From Candidatus Daviesbacteria bacterium (GTDB taxonomy: Bacteria; Patescibacteriota; Microgenomatia; Daviesbacterales; UBA10151): DNA of 64,000 bases. The translations under genes were made by a program, and so were the position numbers. Location: contig JACOXI010000003.1 of assembly GCA_016176335.1 (NCBI GenBank), positions 6,920-70,919 on the forward strand, read 5' to 3'. Numbering within the stretch: position 1 is the first letter of the stretch; each line of letters starts with the position of its first letter. The notes under the pieces are model-generated. The model was not told where the DNA came from. It ran no database searches and saw only the letters and a list, made by a program, of their open reading frames with translations. Below are positions 38,828 to 48,827 of this stretch, one piece after another.

Positions 38828-39804
38828 ATACTTATCGAATCTCCGCCTAGTTTAACGTTAGAAATCCTTTCTGTCAATCCCTCAAATATCCATATTAAAA
38901 GAGCTTTTTGAACATGAAGTCTGTTTTCTGCTTGTCTAAATACTACTGATTGAGGTCCATCAATCACCTCAGCTGATACTTCATTTCCCCTGTATGCTGG
39001 CAAATCATGCATAAAAATAGCATCCTTTTTAGCTAAAATCATTAAACTTTGATTAACCTGGAAGGGTTGAAAGATTTTTAGCCGTTTGTTTCTATCGGTA
39101 TCCCCCATGCTAAGCCAGGTATCTGTATAAACTACATCAGTACCCTTAACTGCTTCTTTAGGATTATCAGTTTCAAGAATTTGTGCTCCTGAATTTAGGG
39201 CAAGTTGCCTGGCTTTGTTAACAATATCTTTATTCATCCAAAAGCCATCGGGCGCAGCACACTTAAAATTGATGCCTAAAAGTGCACAACCTAAACTCAA
39301 TGAGTGAGAAACATTGTTCTCCCCATCTCCAATATAAGTTAAGGTTAGACTTTTAAGCTTTCTTTTGATTTCCCATATTGTCATAAGATCGGCTAATACC
39401 TGACAAGGATGCTCTATATCGGATAAAGCATTAATTACCGGTACTCTTGAATTTTGGGACAAGCTTTCTAAATCTTGGTGACTAAAAACCCTGGCAACAA
39501 TTAAATCAGCCATGCTTGAGATGACTTTGGAAACGTCTGCAATAGATTCTCTTTTACCTAAACCTACTTCCTTTGGACCAAAGTACACCGCATGTCCGCC
39601 CAACTGACTGATGGCGATATCAAAACTTAATTTAGTCCTCAAACTCGGCTTTTCAAAAAGCATGACCATTTGTTTGTCAATTAATTGAGGTTTATTCTTC
39701 CCCTTAGTTTTTAGCTCAATTTTGAGCTTTTTTGCCCATATTAAAACCTGCCAAATTTCTTTGGCCGAAAGATCGGTTATTGATAAAAAGTCTCTTTTGA
39801 TCAT
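38812..39804 (-). CDS. argF: Ornithine carbamoyltransferase
   Basis: KPSLRT, HPCQ, SMG, HDLP, QAENRLH. Confidence 0.93.
   Translation of the reverse strand: MIKRDFLSITDLSAKEIWQVLIWAKKLKIELKTKGKNKPQLIDKQMVMLFEKPSLRTKLSFDIAISQLGGHAVYFGPKEVGLGKRESIADVSKVISSMADLIVARVFSHQDLESLSQNSRVPVINALSDIEHPCQVLADLMTIWEIKRKLKSLTLTYIGDGENNVSHSLSLGCALLGINFKCAAPDGFWMNKDIVNKARQLALNSGAQILETDNPKEAVKGTDVVYTDTWLSMGDTDRNKRLKIFQPFQVNQSLMILAKKDAIFMHDLPAYRGNEVSAEVIDGPQSVVFRQAENRLHVQKALLIWIFEGLTERISNVKLGGDSISICKKE
38849..38877 (-). promoter_or_regulatory. pyrB promoter inside the argF tail
   Basis: TTGACA-17-TAAACT. Confidence 0.65.
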
Positions 39805-41063
39805 ACTTTCTCTGTCTTCTTCCCTACCTGACTTGCCAGCTTCATTTGTAAGGAATAGATTTCAATAAACCCGGCACTTGTATTAGTGTTAAAGTCGTAT
39901 CCTTCCGCGTTGTTAAACGAAGCAAAAGCTAGCGCATACGGTGATTCAATAGCCACCACAGTTGCTTGACCCTTAAATAGTTTTACTGTTACCTCTCCTG
40001 TAACTTTCTCATTAACCTGATCGTTAAAAGCATTTATAGCCTCCATGCTTGGATCAAACCATAAAGCTCCATAACACAAGTAACCCCACTTAATATCCAT
40101 TTGCTCTTTTAACTCATTAAGCTGTCTTGTTGACACATACTTTTCCAAATTTTTATGAGCCTCCACAATCACATGGGCTGCCGGATGTTCATAAACACCC
40201 CTGTTTTTAAGTCCAACTAACCTGTCTTCCAAAATATGGAAAGTACCTACTCCATGTTTGCCAACAATTTGATTTAGCTTCTTAATTAGCTTGGCTAAAC
40301 TTAACTTTTCCCCATTAATGGAAATTGGTAAGCCTTCCTTAAATCCCAATTTAAGCAGTTCAGCCTTATCAGGAGCGTTTTCTGGTAATGTATAGGTAGT
40401 TAAGAACTTCTCCACAGGAACAATTAATGAGGGGTCGGTAATCTCTCCACCTTCCCAGGTAATTCCCCACATATTGTCATCATCAGAATAGGGCACATCT
40501 ACTGAAGCAGGAATTGGTATCCCGTGCATCTCCGCATATTTAATCTCTTCATTTCTATCCATGGCCCATTCCCGAACTGGAGCCAAAATTTTCATTTTTG
40601 GATCATGAGTTAAGATATACCCATCCAACCTGACCTGATCGTTTCCTTTACCTGTACACCCATGAGCTATGGCATCACAACCATACTTTTTAGCTAATTT
40701 CACAGCATTCTTACCCAAAACTGCCCTTCCCATTGGAGTTGAGAGATGATAATCACCTTGATATGAAGCATTAGCTTTAATACCTTTAGCAATATACTCC
40801 TTTGCAAATTCCTCCTCAAGATCTAAAACAATTGCCTCTTTTGCACCAAATTTCAGGGCTTTTTGTTTTATAACTCTCAAATCATCATGTTGTTGACCCA
40901 AATCTGCAGTTAAAGTGACCACCTGACATTTGTACTGATCTTGAATCCACTTCAGCATCACCGATGTATCAAGCCCTCCGGAATAAAGGAGCAATACCTT
41001 TTTAATTTCTCCTATCTTCCCTTCGTAAGATGCTACTTTTATATAATCAGTCGTCTTTTTCAT
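39801..41063 (-). CDS. argG: Argininosuccinate synthase
   Basis: YSGGLDTS, HGCTGKGNDQVR; AAAGGAGGTGA RBS before ATG 41063. Confidence 0.96.
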   Translation of the reverse strand: MKKTTDYIKVASYEGKIGEIKKVLLLYSGGLDTSVMLKWIQDQYKCQVVTLTADLGQQHDDLRVIKQKALKFGAKEAIVLDLEEEFAKEYIAKGIKANASYQGDYHLSTPMGRAVLGKNAVKLAKKYGCDAIAHGCTGKGNDQVRLDGYILTHDPKMKILAPVREWAMDRNEEIKYAEMHGIPIPASVDVPYSDDDNMWGITWEGGEITDPSLIVPVEKFLTTYTLPENAPDKAELLKLGFKEGLPISINGEKLSLAKLIKKLNQIVGKHGVGTFHILEDRLVGLKNRGVYEHPAAHVIVEAHKNLEKYVSTRQLNELKEQMDIKWGYLCYGALWFDPSMEAINAFNDQVNEKVTGEVTVKLFKGQATVVAIESPYALAFASFNNAEGYDFNTNTSAGFIEIYSLQMKLASQVGKKTEKV

Positions 41064-42270
41064 TAGTATCACCTCCTTTCAAATATTTTTTACCCACCTG
41101 TTTGTATGCATCTCTAAAAGTTTCCCCTTTTAGAACCTGTTTCAAAACTTCCTCTGTGGCAAAAAGATCTTCTGTCATAGCAGCTTCTAACTTCTCTTTA
41201 TTAGGAGTTAAATTTTCTAGCAAAATCTTGGTTACCATAAGAGTTTCTAGGGTAATTTCTAAACTTTCTATCAAAGGTTTTTTGCTATCTTGCAAATCCC
41301 TGTTATAACCGGAGATTAAATTGCTCGAAAGGCTAACCATCTGAATATAATTTCCTAAAACAAGATGTACCTTTGATCTTAAAAGTTCTGCTAGATCAAC
41401 GTTTTTCTTTTGCGGCATGATGCTGCTGCCTGTAGTAATTTTACCTGTGGCTTTAAAAAAGCTAAATTCCGAAGTAGTAAAAAGCAGCACATCTGAGGCG
41501 AATTTATTGATTGTTTGCAAAACAGAAATCAAAGCGGCTATTATACTAGCCTCAATTTTTCCTCTGGAGTTTTGGCAATACAACGGGTTTTGTTGGACCC
41601 TGGTAAATCCTAAGAGCTTAGCTGAATACTCCCTATCTAATTTAATTGGCACACCATACCCTGCTCCTGAACCTAAAGGAGATTGGTTATTTAATTTATA
41701 AACGATTTTCAAAAGTGTCAGGTCGTTCTCTAAAGAATCAATAAAACTCCCTGCCCATAATCCAATCGATGAAGGCATGGCTTTTTGCATATGGGTATAA
41801 CCGGCCATTTGTATATAGCCATATTCTTTAGAAAAGCCTTTGAAACTTTTTGTTAAATTGGTAAGCTCGAGTTCAATACTTTCTAGTGCGTTCTTGCTAT
41901 ACAGCCGGATAGCAGTTAATACTTGATCGTTTCTTGACCTACCGGTGTGGATTTTTTTACCTATGTCACCATATTTTTCCGTTATATAGTTTTCAATTTT
42001 GGTATGCATATCTTCGTCTCCTATTTTCAGATCAAACTCACCCTTTTTATAAAGGTTTAATATTTCCTCAAAACCCTTCAGCAACTTCTTTAGTTCCGGC
42101 TCAGATATGATACCAATCAAAAATAATTTATTAAGCGTCTTCACATGAGCTATAGAAGCTAAGATATCATACTCAATTAGTTTTTGATCCATTAAAAGAT
42201 CCCCCTTTGTTTCAAAGGCTTCCACCACTGGGTCTAATTTTTTATTATTTTTCTGCCAAAGTTTTTTCAT
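41047..42270 (-). CDS. argH: Argininosuccinate lyase
   Basis: HTGRSRNDQ, GYTHMQ, GSSIMPQKKN, GYNRDLQ; RBS before ATG 42270. Confidence 0.95.
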   Translation of the reverse strand: MKKLWQKNNKKLDPVVEAFETKGDLLMDQKLIEYDILASIAHVKTLNKLFLIGIISEPELKKLLKGFEEILNLYKKGEFDLKIGDEDMHTKIENYITEKYGDIGKKIHTGRSRNDQVLTAIRLYSKNALESIELELTNLTKSFKGFSKEYGYIQMAGYTHMQKAMPSSIGLWAGSFIDSLENDLTLLKIVYKLNNQSPLGSGAGYGVPIKLDREYSAKLLGFTRVQQNPLYCQNSRGKIEASIIAALISVLQTINKFASDVLLFTTSEFSFFKATGKITTGSSIMPQKKNVDLAELLRSKVHLVLGNYIQMVSLSSNLISGYNRDLQDSKKPLIESLEITLETLMVTKILLENLTPNKEKLEAAMTEDLFATEEVLKQVLKGETFRDAYKQVGKKYLKGGDTNEKDD

Positions 42271-42289
42271 ATTTCCTTTCCGGGCCATT

Positions 42290-42340
42290 AAAAAAGCCCT
42301 TGCAAGTTCCCAAAGATTAACTTTAGAAACTTACAAGGGC
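42290..42340 (-). terminator. Leader terminator of the arg operon
   Basis: 20-bp stem followed by T6. Confidence 0.85.
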
Positions 42341-42346
42341 CTTATT

Positions 42347-42423
42347 TCAGCTTTCAGACTTCAGCTATCAGCTTTCAGACTTTTGTAATTGTCTGATGAC
42401 TGACGCCTGACGACTGATGACTA
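42347..42423. repeat. Empty heptamer cassette within the T-box leader
   Basis: TCAG-type arm, 10-nt loop, CTGA-type arm. Confidence 0.85.
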
Positions 42424-42649
42424 ATCAAGACGGTGCCACCTTGCTTAAATTTTGCTACAAAAAATCCTCCATTTCGGAGGATCACTGTAGAAAATTTATC
42501 TCTTACAGCGCTCCGTTGCCGACACGCTTGTTGAATTTTACAGTTCAACTTCTGTCATACTCTATCCTAAGACTTTGCTTGGGACTGACGTATGCTGCTT
42601 GCCCGCTGCGGCGGACTCAAACGCATTTAAAATATTAAATTGTAGATAC

Positions 42650-42678
42650 ATTATATCTAAAGAAAACTTATTTGTCAA
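42650..42678 (-). promoter_or_regulatory. Consensus sigma70 promoter of the arg leader
   Basis: TTGACA-17-TATAAT. Confidence 0.85.
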
Positions 42679-42706
42679 ATCAATTAATGTTTGTTAAAGT
42701 GTAATT

Positions 42707-42967
42707 ATGGCGAAACAAAATCAGACCTCTTTCCGAAAAGAGCTAATCCAGCAACTTATCACCCTCTCCACCTCTGCCTTTGGTTTGGCAGCTGCTTTGG
42801 CCTGGAATGATACTATCCAGCAAACAGTCAAGGAATTTATCGAGCCAAGAATTCCAGGCTCAGGGATTTTCTCCAGATTTATATATGCCGGTATAGTCAC
42901 AATTTTAGGTGTAATTATCACTATCCAGCTGTCCCGTCTGGCCTCCCGTTGGGGACTAAAGAGGTAA
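42707..42967 (+). CDS. Small two-TM protein (DUF5654-like)
   Basis: AFGLAAALAWN; promoter TTGTCA-17-TAAAGT 6 nt upstream. Confidence 0.75.
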   Translation: MAKQNQTSFRKELIQQLITLSTSAFGLAAALAWNDTIQQTVKEFIEPRIPGSGIFSRFIYAGIVTILGVIITIQLSRLASRWGLKR

Positions 42968-44015
42968 TCTTTCCATTCTCTACCCTCAAAATCCTGGAAG
43001 AATCCAAAAAGGTCTTGGGGATGTTTTCCAGCTCCACCGTGGCAATGATGGTCTGTTGTTTTCCCACCACTTCCACTACATGAGCTCTGTGCATAGCATC
43101 CAGTTCGGAAAAAACATCATCCAGCAAAAGTATTGGTCTTTTGCCTAAAATTTTGGCCATGTATTCAAGTTGAGCTAATTTAAACGCTAAAGTGGCTGTT
43201 CTTTGTTCACCACGGGAGCCAAAACGAGCCAAATTCCGATCTTCCAGTAAGATTTCAAAATCATCCCGATGAGGCCCAATCAAAGTGGCAGCTGCAGCCA
43301 CTTCCCGACCATTTGTTTCCATCAACCGCTCAACTGTCACTGCGCTTTGTTTATACTCAAACCTAAACTCACCTAAAGGTTTTTCCAAACCATTAATAAA
43401 ATTAAAAAAAACTTTTCTTTTTTCACTGATCACTGATCCCTTTTTTACCAACTCATCTGTCCAATAACTTAACTCGTCTGCTTTTCCATAGCCTTCTCTA
43501 ATTCTTTTTAGGATCCTGTTTCTGGAAGTTAAAAACTGCTCATATGAAGTCAGTGTCTTTTTATATTCAGGATCAATTTGTGCCAACCCCAAGTCCAAAT
43601 GCCAGCGGCGAAGACTTGGTGCACCTGCTACCATATTTATATCCTGGGGATAAAAAATTACGGCAGGCAAATTGCCGATAAAATCCAAAACTCTTCTTGG
43701 AACCCCGTTTACCAAAGCCTTTTTTCTAAAACTCACTTCATCGGATACCTTGTTGATAATCACTAAAAGCTCTGTTTCTATTTCCCCTTCTTTTAGAAAA
43801 CCCTCTACTCTGGTAAAACTTTCATTATCGTAAATCAGCTCGTCTTCAGTCCCAACCCTTAAAGACTTGGTGGTGGAAAGAAGATAGATTGACTCCAGCA
43901 AGTTTGACTTGCCCGCAGCATTATTCCCCACTAGGATGGTTGGCCGGGCATCGAATCGTAATTCGAGTTGTGCATAATTTCTGAAGTTAGTCAAATTAAT
44001 TTGCTTAAGAAACAC
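42921..44015 (-). CDS. recF: DNA replication/repair protein RecF
   Basis: NFRNY, GNNAAGKSN, GPHRDD, GSRGEQR, LLLDDVFSELD; GTG start. Confidence 0.95.
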   Translation of the reverse strand: MFLKQINLTNFRNYAQLELRFDARPTILVGNNAAGKSNLLESIYLLSTTKSLRVGTEDELIYDNESFTRVEGFLKEGEIETELLVIINKVSDEVSFRKKALVNGVPRRVLDFIGNLPAVIFYPQDINMVAGAPSLRRWHLDLGLAQIDPEYKKTLTSYEQFLTSRNRILKRIREGYGKADELSYWTDELVKKGSVISEKRKVFFNFINGLEKPLGEFRFEYKQSAVTVERLMETNGREVAAAATLIGPHRDDFEILLEDRNLARFGSRGEQRTATLAFKLAQLEYMAKILGKRPILLLDDVFSELDAMHRAHVVEVVGKQQTIIATVELENIPKTFLDSSRILRVENGKITSLVPNGRPDGTAG

Positions 44016-44025
44016 GATGATGCCT

Positions 44026-44095
44026 AGAATAAAGAATAAAGAATCAAGAATCAAGCATGAGTTACTGTCTATTAAGCTTCATTCATAATTCTTAC
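44026..44095. repeat. Heptamer array (AGAATMA type)
   Basis: AGAATAA x2, AGAATCA x2, weak complementary arm. Confidence 0.6.
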
Positions 44096-44098
44096 AGC

Positions 44099-45475
44099 TT
44101 AATTCTTGCCCTCCCAGTGTCCCAGTCCCAAAAACTCCCTGACATGTAACGGCAAGGATTTTTTGGAAAAAAACAGGCTGGGCTTCAGACCAAATAACCC
44201 AATCAATAAAATTGCCCCACCCAGTCCGATAAAGATTGGTGTTGTTCCAAAGATATCTGCCAAAACCCCTGAAATAAGTACAGGTATTAAAGATAATCCA
44301 GACATAACCGCCCCTAATACAGAAAAGACCTTACCTCTATCTGTTTCAGAGGTATTTTCCTGTAAGACTGTTTGAGATGGAACTAATATAGAGACCATGG
44401 CCATACCCATCAAAAATGATCCAACCACCAGTATTTTAGATAAAGGCGGCTGATAGAAAAAGGGCAGGGGTCTAGGATGCGGTAGATAGGCAATAGCAGG
44501 TGAAATAATTGGGGCAATTCCCACCAGGAAAAATAATAATCCGGCAAAAATAATTGCTCGGGAAACCAATTTCCTTTTGATCAATTTATTACCAAATCTG
44601 CCTAACATGATTCCCCCTGCAATAATTCCTAATCCCAGCGGAATGATTAAAACATAAGATGCGTCTGTGGCTTTAATTTGTAGAGATTTTTCCAAAAAAG
44701 AGGGCACCAGCACAGCCAAAGTTCCAATTACCATCTGCACTCCTGCCAAAATCATAATTGATGTAAGAACCGACAACTTCCCTCTAATCAACTTGATAGT
44801 CTCAAAAATCTCAAACAGACCAATTTCTTTGATATCAGCATATTTCCTCTTTCTTAATGCCACAATCAATCTCTCTCCCTGCTCATCAGCTTTTGTCACA
44901 ATAGATGGAAAAGCAAGAGCTAATAAAAAGGCGCCAAAAAGTAGCACCCCACCAAGTCCAAAAACAAAGTTTATTCCCAAATGATTAATTAAGGGACCTG
45001 CCAAACCAAAGCCTAAAAGAAAGCAGGAATAAAGGGTGGCAGAAAAAAGAGAGTTGGCAGTGATTAATTGATTTCTTCTGACAACCAAAGGAATTGCTGA
45101 AGCCTCGGCTGGGCCATAAAATTGGCCTAAGGCATTAACAAAAAAGGCAACCATAAGGATTGCCGGAAAACTGCCTTTGAAAAATATTAAGCTGAAAAAA
45201 GACAAACTCAAGAAAAGATCTATCATCATAATGATCTTTTTTCTGTCAATTAAATCTACCAATACTCCTGAAAAAAGTCCTAAGATTACTGCCGGCAGAT
45301 ATATGGCAAAAAGAAGAGCTGAAACTGCTAAGGACGAGTCAGTTAACTTAAAAACCCAAATAATTAAAGCAAAATTGAGGGCGTTATAGGAAAGCTGAAC
45401 TAAAATTTGATTTATCCAAAGGTTTAAAAATCCCCTGTTTTGTAAAACATGGGTGATAGATGTCTTCTCAACCAT
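44099..45475 (-). CDS. MFS transporter
   Basis: GVLVDLIDRKK, 12-TM pattern, RGKVFS. Confidence 0.9.
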   Translation of the reverse strand: MVEKTSITHVLQNRGFLNLWINQILVQLSYNALNFALIIWVFKLTDSSLAVSALLFAIYLPAVILGLFSGVLVDLIDRKKIIMMIDLFLSLSFFSLIFFKGSFPAILMVAFFVNALGQFYGPAEASAIPLVVRRNQLITANSLFSATLYSCFLLGFGLAGPLINHLGINFVFGLGGVLLFGAFLLALAFPSIVTKADEQGERLIVALRKRKYADIKEIGLFEIFETIKLIRGKLSVLTSIMILAGVQMVIGTLAVLVPSFLEKSLQIKATDASYVLIIPLGLGIIAGGIMLGRFGNKLIKRKLVSRAIIFAGLLFFLVGIAPIISPAIAYLPHPRPLPFFYQPPLSKILVVGSFLMGMAMVSILVPSQTVLQENTSETDRGKVFSVLGAVMSGLSLIPVLISGVLADIFGTTPIFIGLGGAILLIGLFGLKPSLFFSKKSLPLHVREFLGLGHWEGKN

Positions 45476-45488
45476 AATATTTCCTGAA

Positions 45489-46385
45489 TTATTCTACACT
45501 CTTTTGACACTTTGGGCAAAAGTATGTGCCGCGGTTTCCAAGTTGTATCTTTCTGATATTTGTTTTGCATACCTTACATTTGTGTCTGTCTCTGCCATAA
45601 ACGTATGCATAGTCTAAAAAATAGCCTTTATGGCCTTCTGCATCCACAAAATGAGCCTTGGTTGATCCACCGTGCTTTATCCCATCATTTAATGACTGCA
45701 CGATACCATGGTGTAGTTTTTTAATTTGCTCATCAGACAGTTGGGAAACTTTAGTTCTCGGGTCAATTCCAGCATCAAAACAGCCCTCATTAGCATAGAT
45801 ATTGCCTACTCCGGAAACTACACTCTGATCCATAATTGCCACCTTAACAGGCATGCTTTGGTGTTTTAGAAGATTATTTTTTAAAACTGCCCAGGTAAAA
45901 TCCTTTGCCAACGGCTCTGGCCCCAAACTATTTAAGGATTTGTCAATTGTCAATTGTCCATTGTCAATTACTCTTACCCACCCAAACCTCCTTTGGTCAT
46001 TAAAATATAAATGTGAACCATCAGAAAAGCTAAAGATAACTCTAGTATGGTTATTCGGTAATGGTCCAACCATATCTTCAGTGGGATGACCACCAATAAA
46101 TCTTCCCCCTTTACCCTTTCCGCTTTCCCCTTTCCATACCAATTGACCAGTCATCTTCAGGTGAAAAAGTAATGATATCCGATAATCGATATCCGATATA
46201 CCTCCTAAATCTATCCCTAGATATTTAGCTTTTCTCCAAACATTGAACACTTTTTTACCCTGAACTAAATTTGGATTTCCAATGAAAGATTTAGAAGAAA
46301 GTATTTGGATTTTGATAATTTTTAATCCAATTATCCTTTTTTGTAATCCATTTTTAATGGTTTCTACTTCTGGCAACTCCGGCAT
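45489..46385 (-). CDS. mutM: Formamidopyrimidine-DNA glycosylase
   Basis: MPELPEVE, HLKMTG, GVGNIYANE, C-terminal Zn finger. Confidence 0.97.
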   Translation of the reverse strand: MPELPEVETIKNGLQKRIIGLKIIKIQILSSKSFIGNPNLVQGKKVFNVWRKAKYLGIDLGGISDIDYRISLLFHLKMTGQLVWKGESGKGKGGRFIGGHPTEDMVGPLPNNHTRVIFSFSDGSHLYFNDQRRFGWVRVIDNGQLTIDKSLNSLGPEPLAKDFTWAVLKNNLLKHQSMPVKVAIMDQSVVSGVGNIYANEGCFDAGIDPRTKVSQLSDEQIKKLHHGIVQSLNDGIKHGGSTKAHFVDAEGHKGYFLDYAYVYGRDRHKCKVCKTNIRKIQLGNRGTYFCPKCQKSVE

Positions 46386-46397
46386 GCGATTATTTTA

Positions 46398-47261
46398 CTA
46401 CACACTAAATATAGACAGCAGCACAATACCAATTAAGGTAGTAACAATTCCTGCAATTTGTTGTCTGGTAATAGGGTCTTTAAAGATTAAAAAGGCTAAA
46501 ATAACAAATAAGGTGGGATTTGCTCCTGCAATAGGGGCAACTACTGTAACCAGTCCCTTGCTGATCCCAAGATTGTAACTTAACTCTGCCATACGAACTA
46601 AAACTGTAGCAACAATAAGAAAAATTAAAGCATTATTTTTAGTTGGTGCCTCAAGTTTTATTTTTCTAAACCTCATATAAAGGTAAAATACGGGAAAGAT
46701 CAAAAAAGTAATATAATTTGGCCAAAACCAGCCAATTTCTTTGACTGGAATCTTAATAAACGCAAAATATAATCCCCAAGTAAACATAGTGAGGGTTGCA
46801 AACAGTATTCCTTTGTTCATTAAAGACTTATTTTTGATCTTTGTCAGATTAAATACAGATAAAAATAAACCTAAAAAAATAATTGCTATTGCCGCTCCTT
46901 GCTGAGCGGATATTTTTTCATTCAGGAAAAGCACTGACAAAATAACTGTCACTGCCGGAAATGATGAGGCTATAGCTCCTACAAGAGCACGATTTGATAT
47001 TTTTAAGGCCTCATAATAAAACACAGTTCCAAAGGAAATACCAACAAATGATATGAAAAGTATGAGAATTAAAAGTTCCCAAGTCAGGTTTTTAAGGTCT
47101 CCTATTGAAAAAGGAGTGTAAAAGCTAAGAATAAGTGTGGTTATTATGTATCCCCAAATTACCAGTGAGAATGAATTTAGTTTTCTGGCAACAATTGCCT
47201 CAAAAAATACTCCTGTCCCCCAAGAAAAATATGAAATTAAGGCAAAAATGATGGCTTCCAT
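46398..47261 (-). CDS. EamA/DMT family transporter
   Basis: Ten TM helices in two repeats. Confidence 0.85.
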   Translation of the reverse strand: MEAIIFALISYFSWGTGVFFEAIVARKLNSFSLVIWGYIITTLILSFYTPFSIGDLKNLTWELLILILFISFVGISFGTVFYYEALKISNRALVGAIASSFPAVTVILSVLFLNEKISAQQGAAIAIIFLGLFLSVFNLTKIKNKSLMNKGILFATLTMFTWGLYFAFIKIPVKEIGWFWPNYITFLIFPVFYLYMRFRKIKLEAPTKNNALIFLIVATVLVRMAELSYNLGISKGLVTVVAPIAGANPTLFVILAFLIFKDPITRQQIAGIVTTLIGIVLLSIFSV

Positions 47262-48042
47262 TAAATAACCTTAACAAGCTTTCCGCTTTTTAAAACATGC
47301 CTTAATGTAAAGCCAAACAGGGCAACTGAGAGGGCAAGATAGACCAAATTCAAGAGTAAAGCTGCCAAAATTGTTCTTGCATAAATTGTCCTGTTTGCAA
47401 AACGCCTCTCATGCCCTCAAATACATAAGAGATGGGAATCAAGTAAGCAATTTTTTGAAAAATAGGCGGTAAAATACTAACAGGATAAAATACAGCAGCA
47501 AAAGGTTGGACCAAAAATGGTAAAATCCAAGTTAATGGTCCAATTGAATGACCGAATCTTAAAACTAAAGAAACATTAAAAATGCCAAAAGCAGTGGCAA
47601 AAATAAAAAGATTGAGGGCAAATAGGGCAAGGGCTAGTCCTAAAGAAGTAATTTGGAAATTGTAAAAAATTGAAGCAATAACCCACATAGAAAGGAAAGT
47701 CACCATAATTTTTACTAAACTAACAACAATTAACCCTGTGATATACTCCAAAAAAGTAATTGGGGTGGATAAAACATTAATCAAATTCCTATCCCAAATT
47801 TCAAACATAAAGTCTACTCCAATATTGGTGGAGACTTTTTCAAAAATCACCCACAAAATTACTCCTCCCAAAAGAAAAGCTGCCAATAGAGAAATTTGTA
47901 CAGAAGCCACATACCTACTTAAAAAACCAATTAACAACACCATCAGAACTGGAGAAATCAACATATCAAAAAATCTCTCCAGTTGATGGATTGATAAAAA
48001 GTAATGTCTTAAAATAATTGCCAAAACTCTATTTAAATTCAT
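47261..48042 (-). CDS. ABC-2 permease with a one-base frameshift near the C-terminus
   Basis: AVFYPVSILP; last TM continues in the -1 frame to TAA at 47261. Confidence 0.75.
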
Positions 48043-48790
48043 CTCTTTTGACCCTTGATAATTGTATAAATACCTCTCTTAAATTTGGTTCATCTGATTC
48101 TAACTGCAAAACTTGTTTGGTTAATTCAAGTGGTGACCCTTGAGCAATAATTTTCCCATGTTTAATAAATACTACATGATTTGCTACCTGCTCTATCTCC
48201 CACATGTTGTGTGAGGTGTAAAGGATACTGATCTTTTCCTCTTTTTGAATTTGCTTGATTAAATTAATCCCCTTATCTACAACATCAGGATCCATAGAAG
48301 CCATTGGCTCATCAAGAAGAAGAATCTTTGGTTTATTTAACAATGCTTTCACTAAATTTCCCCTGGCCCTTTGTCCGAAAGATAACTCTCTGATGTGTTT
48401 ATTTTTTAGGTGACTAATTTCAAAAATTTCCAAAAGCTCATCTATTCTTTTGTTAATATTTTTAACCTCATACAATTTTCCAAACACAAATAAACATTCC
48501 CAAAGTTTTAAATTCCAGGGCAGATGAAATTCGGCTGAAGCATAATTTACTTGTTTTAAAATTTCTGATCTTGCTTTTTTAATATCTTTGCCAAAGATAC
48601 TAATTTGCCCAAAATCAGGATCGATTAAGCCTAAAAGACAATAGATAGTGGTGGATTTGCCTGCACCATTTGGACCTAAAAAGCCCAAGATCTTGCCTTC
48701 TCCCAAAGAAAAAGAGATATCATCAATGGCTAAAAAGTCACCAAAACTCTTCCTTAAATTTTTCACCTCTAAAATAATGTTTTGACTCAT
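48029..48790 (-). CDS. ABC transporter ATP-binding protein
   Basis: GPNGAGKS, LSFGQ, LLLDEP, SH. Confidence 0.95.
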   Translation of the reverse strand: MSQNIILEVKNLRKSFGDFLAIDDISFSLGEGKILGFLGPNGAGKSTTIYCLLGLIDPDFGQISIFGKDIKKARSEILKQVNYASAEFHLPWNLKLWECLFVFGKLYEVKNINKRIDELLEIFEISHLKNKHIRELSFGQRARGNLVKALLNKPKILLLDEPMASMDPDVVDKGINLIKQIQKEEKISILYTSHNMWEIEQVANHVVFIKHGKIIAQGSPLELTKQVLQLESDEPNLREVFIQLSRVKRDEFK

Positions 48791-48827
48791 AGAAGATTAT
48801 TGTAGTCCAACCGAGGCTGAATTCCAA

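Larger units (their letters stand above)
42290..42643 (-). ncRNA. T-box riboswitch leader, probably Arg-specific
   Basis: AAGCAAGGTGGCACCG at 42446-42431 after a stem III-like hairpin; CAAGG can pair with CCTTG in the terminator arm; stem I not fully resolved. Confidence 0.75.

Noticed and set aside
42417-42638. 73-aa plus-strand ORF
   Set aside because: Antisense to the T-box leader; no protein features
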